Part shown: piece after piece, positions 19,572 to 29,200 of the stretch
How the letters are laid out: each line of letters opens with the position of its first letter
How positions within the stretch are numbered: position 1 is the stretch's first letter
Source: an uncultured Bacteroidales bacterium
GTDB taxonomy: Bacteria; Bacteroidota; Bacteroidia; Bacteroidales; FEN-979
DNA length: 64,000 nt
Assembly: GCA_903837605.1 (NCBI GenBank)
Contig: CAILVF010000012.1
Span: 15,679 to 79,678, forward strand
Direction of reading: 5' to 3'
Position numbers and translations under genes: made by a program
The notes under the pieces: model-generated
What the model was told of the DNA's origin: nothing
What the model saw: the letters and a program-made list of their open reading frames with translations, nothing else
The model's database searches: none

Positions 19572-21746
19572 ATGAGCAGCGATCATGTGAAAAAAAAGGT
19601 ACCGGTCATACTTCAGATCGGGGAAAACGAATCGGGCCCGGTAGCCCTGAACATGGTTTTCTCCTACTTCCGTTGCTGGCCGGCAAAAGATACGCTTAAT
19701 CAGGAATGCGGTGTTTCCGACAATTCCAAAATTCCTGTTGAACGGCTTATGAAAGTCGCCAGGGCCCATCACTTCATTTCGGATGTGCGGCAACCGGGCA
19801 TTGACGGATTAAAATCGTTGCGGCTGCCTGCAATTATCGGCATAAGGGGAGGGTATTTCAGCGTTCTTACAGGATATACGGGGGATTTTTTCCTTGTCAA
19901 CAGCACCAGGGAAGGGCAGCAGAAGATCACTGCTTCTGACCTTGAAAGCGTTTTCGACGGCAATGTGCTTACTCTTGAACCGGGGCCCGACTTCAAACCC
20001 GACAAGAAACAGTTCGGGTTTGCCGATAAAATATGGAGCCGGATAAAACCAAGCCGCTATGACCTGCTCTTCGTATTGATCTGCGGGGCAATTCTTGTGA
20101 TCCCTGCAGTGATCATGGCCGGTTTGAACAAGTTGTTTTTCGACGATATTATTAATCTTAACCAGCCGAGGTATTTCAGGCCCATGTTGCTGCTTATTGC
20201 CGGATTATTCTTCTTTAACGGCATCCTCACTTTCCTGCAGCAAAAGGTGCTGGTCAAAATCGAACTTCGCCTTGCGATCGTTGAATCTTCAAAACTTTTA
20301 CTCCATATCCTGAAGCTGCCCATCCGTTTCTTCATGACAAGGCAGCCTGGCGAGATATTTAAAAGGGTGCAGCTAAACGATGACCTGGCTGCACTTTTAT
20401 CCACAGAACTGACTTCTACCATTTCGAATATGATCACTGTTATCCTTTACGCGGTGGTCATGATACAATACAACTTTCTTCTGACCGTCATCGGGGTGAC
20501 CGTCATTCTTGTGAATCTTTTCGTTTTAAGGATAATTTCCGAAAAGAGATCTACTCTCAACCAGCTTCTTTTTGAAAGGAACCAGCGGACGTTCAGTACT
20601 GCAGGGGTGGGACTGGAGCAGATCGAAACGATCAAAGCCACAGGTTCCGAGAATGACTTTTACGGACTGTGGTCGGGAAGCCTTTCCAATGCCGTGGTTT
20701 ACGATCAGAGGCTTAATGTGACCTCCAACCTGCTGGATGCTCTTCCCGATTTTCTTTCTAATCTCAACAATATTATCCTGCTGACCCTTGGGGGATTGCT
20801 TGTGATATATGGCGATATGACCATTGGTATTTTCATCGCATTCCAGAGCCTGATGTCGAATTTCACAGGGCCTGTAAAATCGGTTGTATCAATGGGAAGT
20901 GATCTTCAGGTTGCAAAAAGCAACCTGAACACCATTCAGGACGCCTTATCTACAGGGGAGGACGTTTATTTCAACACCACGGTCAGTGATGACCCCGCAT
21001 CACTCAGCCCCGGGTCTTCCAAACTTCACGGTTTTCTGGATTTCACAAATGTGACCTTCGGGTACGACCGTTTTGCCGAACCCCTGATATCAGGGTTCTC
21101 CCTTCATGTTGAACCGGGAAAGAGGATTGCCCTGGTTGGCGGATCCGGTTCCGGCAAGTCAACCCTGGCCAAGCTTGTCGCAGGGCTTTACCATCCCTGG
21201 GAAGGGGATATACTGTTCGACGGCAGGAAAAGGACTGCTTATCCCCAGGACGTCATCAGGAATTCCATCTCCCTGGTCGACCAGGAAATTTTCATTTTCA
21301 AGGGTACTGTAAATGAGAATATCACCATGTGGAATAATACCATTCCCACCCCCGATATTATCCAGTCGACAAGGGATGCATGCATTCACGACATTATCTC
21401 ATCCAGGCCGGGCGGATATAACGGGATCCTGATCAATGCAGGGAATAACCTGAGCGGTGGTCAGAGGCAACGTATCGAGATTGCGAGGGCTCTCGTGGTG
21501 AATCCGACCATCCTGGTTATGGACGAGGCAACAAGCGCCCTGGATGCCAATACCGAGAAGATCATCGACAACAACATCCGCCGGCGCGGATGCACGACCC
21601 TGATCATCGCACACCGGCTCAGCACCATCCGCGACTGTGACGAGATCATAGTCCTGGACCGGGGAAAAGTGGTTCAGCGTGGCACTCACGATGAAATGAT
21701 CAAAGATCAGCAAGGGCTTTATTTCAAACTCGTAAATCTCAACTGA
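19572..21746 (+). CDS. ABC exporter (C39-like domain + permease + ATPase), bacteriocin/NHLM-exporter type, with a degenerate peptidase triad
   Basis: The N-terminal 135 aa align colinearly to C39 domains (VPVILQ.....G......M......). Six TM helices follow. Walker A is GGSGSGKST, the signature is LSGGQRQR, Walker B is LVMDEATSALD, and the H-loop is IAHRLST. The catalytic Cys, His and Asp positions read Ser21, Tyr95 and Asn110. Confidence 0.85.
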   Translation: MSSDHVKKKVPVILQIGENESGPVALNMVFSYFRCWPAKDTLNQECGVSDNSKIPVERLMKVARAHHFISDVRQPGIDGLKSLRLPAIIGIRGGYFSVLTGYTGDFFLVNSTREGQQKITASDLESVFDGNVLTLEPGPDFKPDKKQFGFADKIWSRIKPSRYDLLFVLICGAILVIPAVIMAGLNKLFFDDIINLNQPRYFRPMLLLIAGLFFFNGILTFLQQKVLVKIELRLAIVESSKLLLHILKLPIRFFMTRQPGEIFKRVQLNDDLAALLSTELTSTISNMITVILYAVVMIQYNFLLTVIGVTVILVNLFVLRIISEKRSTLNQLLFERNQRTFSTAGVGLEQIETIKATGSENDFYGLWSGSLSNAVVYDQRLNVTSNLLDALPDFLSNLNNIILLTLGGLLVIYGDMTIGIFIAFQSLMSNFTGPVKSVVSMGSDLQVAKSNLNTIQDALSTGEDVYFNTTVSDDPASLSPGSSKLHGFLDFTNVTFGYDRFAEPLISGFSLHVEPGKRIALVGGSGSGKSTLAKLVAGLYHPWEGDILFDGRKRTAYPQDVIRNSISLVDQEIFIFKGTVNENITMWNNTIPTPDIIQSTRDACIHDIISSRPGGYNGILINAGNNLSGGQRQRIEIARALVVNPTILVMDEATSALDANTEKIIDNNIRRRGCTTLIIAHRLSTIRDCDEIIVLDRGKVVQRGTHDEMIKDQQGLYFKLVNLN

Positions 21747-21747
21747 T

Positions 21748-24672
21748 ATGGACCCACAGGATATTACCTCATATTATACCCAGACCGTCCAGCTTTCCGG
21801 CAACAAGGTTCTTGCCCTTTTGAGTGAGAAAATGCAGGCCTGGTATCTTGAAGAAGGGGATGCTGATATTTTTTATGTCGAAAACCTGCCTTCGGGTCCC
21901 GGCCGCAGGCTTTTCCTTTTCAGGATTTCGTCACCCTTCCTCATCCCTGCGTTCAGCAGCAATGATGCATTCTCAATAGTGATCAGCGCGCTTCTTCCAT
22001 GCAAAGTCGGCATCTTGGGAGAGGAATCCCTGTCAGGGCTTTTTGCCGGCAAACCCGATTATTCCACTTATCTGACCGAACTCTGGTTCCTCAGGTTAAG
22101 CAGCGCTCTGAACCATTTCGGCGCAATGCCCCTGCTTAACGGAATAAGTTGCGAGAAGGGATTCGTTGCCGAACCTTCGAAGAATTACGGAGCCGCGAAC
22201 TCCATGGAAGTACTTTGGATCAGATCGTCGGGCCTCAAACCGGTCTATTTCAATTTCCTGGACCCTGGTCCTGACAGCCTCCCCCTGCTGCCTGTCACTT
22301 CCAACCTCTGGCTGAGCCTGGGTTCGGCCTTGCCGAAAGATGTCCTGGGAACCAGGGATGTCATTACGGATCCTGGGTTTTTAACATCACTGTTCGGATT
22401 CAACAGCATGGTCATACCCGTGCTTAAAAAACTGTATGCCGAAAACAGCAAAACGGAGCTAACGCATGTCAAGGATACTTACGCATTCAGGCATAACGCA
22501 ATCTTTGGCGCCATTACCAGGTTCAAAACTATCATCTCCGGAAAATCAACAGACACTCTTTTTACAGCAGGGGACAGGGAATCCGGCCCTTTGGCTTCGG
22601 TCACACCGAACATGCTTCTGCTCCAGACCTGCCAGCTGGTAGGGAAAACCGAACGTATTGAGTTCGTCGATCCCGGTAACCGCGTCAGCGGGAAGCATGA
22701 TTTTGTCTGGAACATCCTCAGGGCCTCCAATATCAGGTCAAGGCAGGTAGCGCTTGAGCCGGACTGGTGGACCAATAATGCAGGCTCCATGCTGGGTTTC
22801 CTGAAAGCCGACCATACCCCTGTAGGCCTTGTTGCGAAAGGCAATACAGGATACTGGATGATAGACCTTAAGAACAGGACGAAAGAATTAGTAAATGCAC
22901 AAGTGAGCAGCCGGCTCGAAAGCAGGGCAACCAGTTTTTTCACCCCCTTCCCTAAAGGAAAGCTGGTGGGGAAGGACCTTGTTAAGTTTGCCCTGCAGTT
23001 CACCTATCGTGACATCGCCAGTTTCCTCATCATCGGAGTTATCGGCGCCCTTCTGGCCCTTGTCATTCCGGTTGTGGGAGGATATGTGTTCAACACAGTA
23101 ATCCCCGGGGGAAACACCAGGGAACTCTGGCAGATAGGGGCCATAATGGTCATTTGCGTAATCACCATTGGCCTCTTGAATTTTGCAAAATCCATAGCAG
23201 TGTTAAGGATGGCAGGAAAAGCCGGGTACAAGCTGCAGTCGGCCCTCTGGGACAGGATACTTTCCCTGAAAGTGGATTTCTTCAGGAATTACAGTCCCGG
23301 CAACCTTGCCGAAAGGAGCATGGGCATCGAAAGGATACGCGATACCCTGTCCACCACGGTGCTGGGCGCCATCATTTCAGGCATCTTCTCGGTGTTCTAC
23401 CTGGCCCTACTGTTCTTTTACGACCTGAAACTTGCATTGCTTGCACTGGTCCTGGGTCTTGTTGTGGCAGGGTTTACCCTCACAATCAGCCTGCTGGCAT
23501 ACAAACACGTCGTCTTCATGCGCAGGATGGATGCGATGATCTCGGGTTTCCTGCTGATGGCTATCCGGGGCATCAATAAGATAAGGGTTACAGGCAGCAA
23601 GGAAAAGGTCTTTTCGCTTTGGGGTGAAAGGTATTCCCAGCAGAAAGACCATTATCGCCAGAAACGCAACCTCCTGATGGTAGCCAGCATTTTCACGGTC
23701 ACTTTCCCCGTAATGGCTTCCATGTTTATATTTATAAGGGTTTACAATATCTTTACCTCAGGCCTGCCGGGCTTCGGCATTGGTGACTTTGTAGCTTTCA
23801 ACAGCGCCTACCTGAGTTTTCAGGGGGCACTCATACAAACTTTCATGGTGACTGTCCCGTTGCTGAACATTAAGCCTACCTACCAGCTCTTCCAGCCTAT
23901 ACTTGAAGCTGAAACGGAAGACATGAACGAGAAGCTGGATCCGGGTGAACTTACCGGGGGCATAGAGATTTCGAACCTGAGTTTCAGGTATGCCGATGCT
24001 CCTGACTGGAGCCTCAAAGACATTACTCTTAATATTCATCCCGGCCAGTTTGTCGCGCTCACAGGGAGTTCGGGGTCAGGCAAATCAACTCTTATCAGGC
24101 TTCTCCTGGGCTTTGAATATTATGATGTTGGCAGCATACTGTTTGACAAGAAAGAACTTAAGGGACTTGACATCCGGAATGTGAGGGACCAGCTGGGAGT
24201 GGTACTTCAGAATTCCAAGATCATGCAGGGTACTGTACTGTATAATATCACAGGCTCTTCGTCTTACACAGAGGAGGAAGCCTGGAATGCTGCGGAAATG
24301 GCCGGCTGTGCCAGGGAAATTGAAGCACTTCCGAATAAAATGTACACCATACTTCCACCGGGGGGTGACATCCTTTCTGGCGGCCAGCAACAAAGGATCA
24401 TTATAGCCCGGGCGCTCATCAGGAACCCTAGGATATTGATCTTCGACGAGGCGACATCCGCCCTCGACAATGAAACCCAGCAGATTGTCAGCTCGAGCAT
24501 TGACAAACTGAACGCAACAAGGATAGTGATTGCGCACCGCCTCAGCACCATCATCCATGCCGACAGGATCTTTGTTTTGGATAAAGGCCGGCTCATTGAG
24601 GAAGGGAATTATACAGAGCTGGTAGCAAAGAACGGGTTCTTTGCCGAACTCACCAGGAGACAGCTTGCCTGA
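21748..24672 (+). CDS. second ABC exporter subunit (permease + ATPase) with an N-terminal extension of about 420 aa and unknown function
   Basis: It starts 1 nt after the upstream stop. The TM region begins near aa 425. Walker A is GSSGSGKST, the signature is LSGGQQQR, Walker B is LIFDEATSALD, and the H-loop is IAHRLST. The N-terminal domain has no peptidase motifs. Confidence 0.8.
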   Translation: MDPQDITSYYTQTVQLSGNKVLALLSEKMQAWYLEEGDADIFYVENLPSGPGRRLFLFRISSPFLIPAFSSNDAFSIVISALLPCKVGILGEESLSGLFAGKPDYSTYLTELWFLRLSSALNHFGAMPLLNGISCEKGFVAEPSKNYGAANSMEVLWIRSSGLKPVYFNFLDPGPDSLPLLPVTSNLWLSLGSALPKDVLGTRDVITDPGFLTSLFGFNSMVIPVLKKLYAENSKTELTHVKDTYAFRHNAIFGAITRFKTIISGKSTDTLFTAGDRESGPLASVTPNMLLLQTCQLVGKTERIEFVDPGNRVSGKHDFVWNILRASNIRSRQVALEPDWWTNNAGSMLGFLKADHTPVGLVAKGNTGYWMIDLKNRTKELVNAQVSSRLESRATSFFTPFPKGKLVGKDLVKFALQFTYRDIASFLIIGVIGALLALVIPVVGGYVFNTVIPGGNTRELWQIGAIMVICVITIGLLNFAKSIAVLRMAGKAGYKLQSALWDRILSLKVDFFRNYSPGNLAERSMGIERIRDTLSTTVLGAIISGIFSVFYLALLFFYDLKLALLALVLGLVVAGFTLTISLLAYKHVVFMRRMDAMISGFLLMAIRGINKIRVTGSKEKVFSLWGERYSQQKDHYRQKRNLLMVASIFTVTFPVMASMFIFIRVYNIFTSGLPGFGIGDFVAFNSAYLSFQGALIQTFMVTVPLLNIKPTYQLFQPILEAETEDMNEKLDPGELTGGIEISNLSFRYADAPDWSLKDITLNIHPGQFVALTGSSGSGKSTLIRLLLGFEYYDVGSILFDKKELKGLDIRNVRDQLGVVLQNSKIMQGTVLYNITGSSSYTEEEAWNAAEMAGCAREIEALPNKMYTILPPGGDILSGGQQQRIIIARALIRNPRILIFDEATSALDNETQQIVSSSIDKLNATRIVIAHRLSTIIHADRIFVLDKGRLIEEGNYTELVAKNGFFAELTRRQLA

Positions 24673-24725
24673 GAGACAAATGAAAATAGAAAAGGGGAAG
24701 GTATAGAAATAACAATGCAACCGAG

Positions 24726-26255
24726 ATGAAAAAGACCATGTTCCTCCTTGCCCTGCTTGCTGCAGGCATCATGCCTGCTGCGGGGCAGGAGGCTTTTAAT
24801 TATGATTCACTGTCGATGCTGCGCCTTTTGGAATACGGCCTGCAGGCTAACTTTGACATCCGAATAAAAAGACAAATAGTAGGGGAAAGCCAGGGCCAGA
24901 AACAGAGCATGAAAGGTGCTTTCAACCCATCGCTGACCCTTACGGGTTACGGATATTACGGAACCGACCCAACCGTGACCTTTCTCAATTCCTATTACCT
25001 CAACGGACAGTTCCTCCTGCCGACACGTTTCGGGGCCAAATTCTATACAGGTTTCAAGCTGTCGACCATGACCCAGATCATCTCAGGGGTCCCCGATTTT
25101 TATCCAAGCACCAATATGGCAATTAACGCATCGGGCATGTGGGCCGGGGTCAATATGCCTCTTCTGCGTGACTTTGGAAGGTATAATACCAACAATGTAA
25201 ATTACCAGACAAGCATTATTATGAACCAGGCCCAGGACGTAGCGTTCTCTGATGAGGTATGCGTTTTTATAAGGAATACGCTCAATTCCTATTACGCCGT
25301 TTACCAGCGCCTTAAAATTTACAAGATCCTCGGTGATGCTGAAAAAGACGCCCAGGAATATTTGCGAGATATAGGGTACATGATTGATGCCGAACAGATA
25401 CCCAAATCGGAGATATACCGTGCAAAAGCATACGAGTCGAATATTAACCAGCAGTTCGCCGAGTCGAAGAACATGATCCATAATTCCCTGTATGACCTGG
25501 TCACGAGTTTAGGAGGGAAAGCTACGCTCAAACACAGGGGGTACCCGGTAATACTGGATTCCCTGCCCGATCCGGCCGAGTTCCCCTGGGGACCTTATGC
25601 CGCATATGTCTTCAAGAACACCGACACCCTGGTAGCAAAGACCCATTACCTCAAGAGCCAGGAACTTGCCACGACCGCCAGCATGATCCAGATGAAGGCA
25701 GCCAGGTATAACAAACGCAATGAACTCGACCTCGATCTCCGCTATTATTATTTCGGGACCACCGCATACCAGCCCTTTTCTGATTTCAGCCAGACTTTTT
25801 CAAGCGGTAGCCCCGGCTCATCTGTCAATCTTACTCTCTCTTACAAGCTGCCATTCTCAAATGATCAGCAAAAAGGTGATTATGTGAGCAAACTTTCGGC
25901 ATATGAACTGAATAAGACCCAGCTTGAAAAGGTGAGGTTCGATGCAAAGATGCAGGTTTACCAGCTGCTGAGCGACCTGGGGAACCTGATCAGCCTGTAT
26001 AAGAAACAGATTGAACTGGTTTCACTGGAGAAAAAAACTTTTGAAAATGAAGCCCAGAAGTTCAAAATGGGAAACTCCACCCAGATCAATGTGATCAATA
26101 CCTACATGGATTATAACACATCGCTGCTGAACCAGGAAAACGGCAGGCAGGCGATACTTTCAAAGGTGATCCTTCTTAAATACCTGATCGGTGAATTCCC
26201 CACTACCCCGGAACTGCTGTTAAAATACAATCCCTGGGACTTTTCGGTAAAATAA
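24726..26255 (+). CDS. TolC-family outer membrane efflux protein
   Basis: Signal peptide MKKTMFLLALLAAGIMPAAGQ. 509 aa with two-fold repeated helical/beta composition typical of outer membrane factor proteins. It sits directly after the adaptor and ABC genes. Confidence 0.7.
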   Translation: MKKTMFLLALLAAGIMPAAGQEAFNYDSLSMLRLLEYGLQANFDIRIKRQIVGESQGQKQSMKGAFNPSLTLTGYGYYGTDPTVTFLNSYYLNGQFLLPTRFGAKFYTGFKLSTMTQIISGVPDFYPSTNMAINASGMWAGVNMPLLRDFGRYNTNNVNYQTSIIMNQAQDVAFSDEVCVFIRNTLNSYYAVYQRLKIYKILGDAEKDAQEYLRDIGYMIDAEQIPKSEIYRAKAYESNINQQFAESKNMIHNSLYDLVTSLGGKATLKHRGYPVILDSLPDPAEFPWGPYAAYVFKNTDTLVAKTHYLKSQELATTASMIQMKAARYNKRNELDLDLRYYYFGTTAYQPFSDFSQTFSSGSPGSSVNLTLSYKLPFSNDQQKGDYVSKLSAYELNKTQLEKVRFDAKMQVYQLLSDLGNLISLYKKQIELVSLEKKTFENEAQKFKMGNSTQINVINTYMDYNTSLLNQENGRQAILSKVILLKYLIGEFPTTPELLLKYNPWDFSVK

Positions 26256-26284
26256 ATTTAAACGGGAAGCAGAGGTTGTAAACA

Positions 26285-29200
26285 GTGAACAGATTCACAC
26301 CCATACATGAGGAAATTTTTTCAATTGCGGCGACAAAGCCTGCTGATGCTGCAGTTATTCAGGGCGGGGAGATCCTGACATACGGGGACCTTGAATCCTT
26401 TTCATCGACCCTTGCCGCCTTGCTCCGGGACCTTGGGTCGGGCCCTGGTAAATGCGTGGGAATTTACCTGGAACCCTCACTGCGGATGGCAGTCTGCCTT
26501 TTGGCTGTCCTGAAGTCGGGAGCAGCCTATATCCCTGTTTCACCAGCTTTCCCGGCGGAAAGGATAAAATTTATCCTTGACGATGCAGGAGCCTGCCTGC
26601 TTATTTCAGATCCTTTGCTTCCGCAGCCTTACGGACTGGAAAAAACGAAAATTTTCTTTCCCGACTGGGACCTTGTAACAGATCCTCAAAGGCAGAGAAA
26701 GTGCGAAGCCCTTCACCCTGAACCCGCTGACCTTGCCTACATTCTTTATACTTCAGGATCCACGGGCAATCCCAAAGGCGTAATGATAGAACACCGGAAC
26801 CTGTCCTATTACGTTCACTGGTTCTGCGAAAAGGTCATGCCCCAAACCCGCGTCGCATTGCCTCTTACTTCCTCTTTTATTTTTGCGGCAGCAGTTACCC
26901 AGTTCTATTCCACCCTTCTCGACGGGAGGGCCCTGCACATCCTGGATCCCATGCTCATCAGGCAGCCTGCTGCATTAATGGAATGGTACACTCATCATCC
27001 CGGTCACGGCATCTACTGTGTTCCGACATTATGGTCGGGGATCCTCGGTTTTTTAAGGTCTGCGGATGGCCGTGTACCCGGTCTCACTCCGCCTCCCGTT
27101 GTATATCTTTCGGGGGAGGCCGTTCCCGATGAAATGATTGAAACGACCTTCGAAAGCCTTCCGCAGTCACAATTATGGAACCTGTACGGCCCAACCGAGG
27201 CCACGGCCAATATAACAGCCTGCAGGCTGTACCCGGGAGACAAATCGCATATCGGGAACCCCCTCGACGGCACCAGGGTGTTTATAGTGGATGAGAACCT
27301 TGAACCTGTAAAACAGGGGGAAATTGGGGAACTCCTTGCCTCAGGGGAAGGAATTGCAAGGGGATATGTCAATCTTCCTGAACTTACAGCCTCCACATTC
27401 ATTTACCGGGGAATGAACGGGGAAGAGAACCTGAAGCTATACAGGTCGGGCGACCTGGTGAGGGAGGAAGCTCCGGGCAAACTGAAATTTATCGGCCGTA
27501 AGGACCAGCAGGTCAAGATCCGGGGATACCGGGTCGAACTGTCCGAGATCGAGCATGCCCTTTCAGCTGTTCCTTCAGTAAAACATGCAGCAGTCAGGGC
27601 TCTTGAAAACGGAGGTGAATCGAAAACACTGGTCGCCTGGCTCATGTTCCGCGAGAACGGGTCGATGAGCATTCCCCAGCTGCGTTCCATCCTGGGAAGG
27701 ACCCTGCCCGATTTCATGCTTCCCGAAAGGTTTATCATCCTTGACCGTTTTCCCCTTCTCCCGAACGGGAAAACCGACCGCAGGTCACTTCCCCTGCCCG
27801 GATCGGAAAGACCTGAATTGGGCTATCCTGCAGCCGTTGCTGTCTCGGCCGGGGAAAAGGCCATGGTAAGGATATGGGAAGAGGTCCTTGGCATGGAAGG
27901 GATAGGGACGGATGACAATTTTTTCGATCTCGGGGGAAATTCACTTAAAGCCAACGCCCTGTCAATAGAGACCAGGTTGAGGATGGAAGGACAGGTTTCA
28001 CTCAGGGATATATTCGAGAACCCTACGCCTGCGGGGCTGCTGCGGATTGCAGTTGCCCGGAAGGGAACCGTTGAGGAGAATAAGGTAATACCGGCTTTGG
28101 AAAGCCCTGTATCTGATATAAGGGAACGGTCAGTGAAAGATGCTTCAGAAAACCAGAAGGCACTTTGGTTCCTGCAGCATGCCGAACCCCAATTATGCGC
28201 TTACAATATCTTTTATTCCGTTTGCCTTGACGGACCGCTTGATGTGAATCACCTGGGCGGGGCGCTGGAGAGGATCCTCGAAGTCAACCCGGGCCTAACC
28301 TCTGCTTTTCTTCCCGGTGCCGATTCACCTGTTGAGAAATCCATCCCCGGGCAGGGAAATAGTACCCGGGAGATTATGACAGTCATAACAGGCCAGTCAG
28401 TTAGCCGGGAAGATGCCCTGGGGCTGGCCAGGCTGGAAGCCTCAAAACCGTTTGAACTCGGTAAAGGCAGTCCCTTCAGATTTATCCTTTACAGCACAGG
28501 ACATGACTCTCATATATTGGCTGTGATTATTCACCACATTGTCTTTGACGGCCTGTCGTTCGGCAACTTTCTCCTGCAGCTCAGGGATTTTTATGATGAG
28601 GCGAAAGCCGGCTTACGCCCGGCAGGATCGCGCCGCATGGACAGGATCAGCAGCTTTGCCGCAGAAGAAAGGGCCTACCTTGAAAGCGCAGCTTACCAGT
28701 CCGACAGGGCATACTGGAAAAACCTTCTCGGCGGGGTTTCCACATTTTACGAGCTTCCAACCGATTTCGTGCGTCCTGAAGGAATGTCACAGGCTGGCGG
28801 GCAGGTCAGGACGAAGATTGACCCGGCGTTGATGGAACGATTAAAAGCCTTCAGCGACAGTTCGGGGGCCAGCATGTTCATGACCTGCCTGGCGGCATTC
28901 TCGGTCCTTCTCTACAGGCATTCAGGGCGCCTCGATTTCCTTATTGCCACTCCCGTGGCGAACAGGAACAGCAGGGATTTACTGGGTTCTTTGGGGTATT
29001 ATGTCAATACCATGCTGTTCAGGACAGGTATAGACCCTGCCCTGCCCTTCGCTGGCTGGCTTGGCAGGCTTAAGGAGCAAACCCTTGAAAGCCTTTCGCA
29101 CTCCCGCTTTCCCCTCAATCACCTTACAGGCCTTATCCTCACCGACAGGATACCCGGTATCAATCCTTTCTTTCAGGTCATGTTCGCCTACCACGAAACA

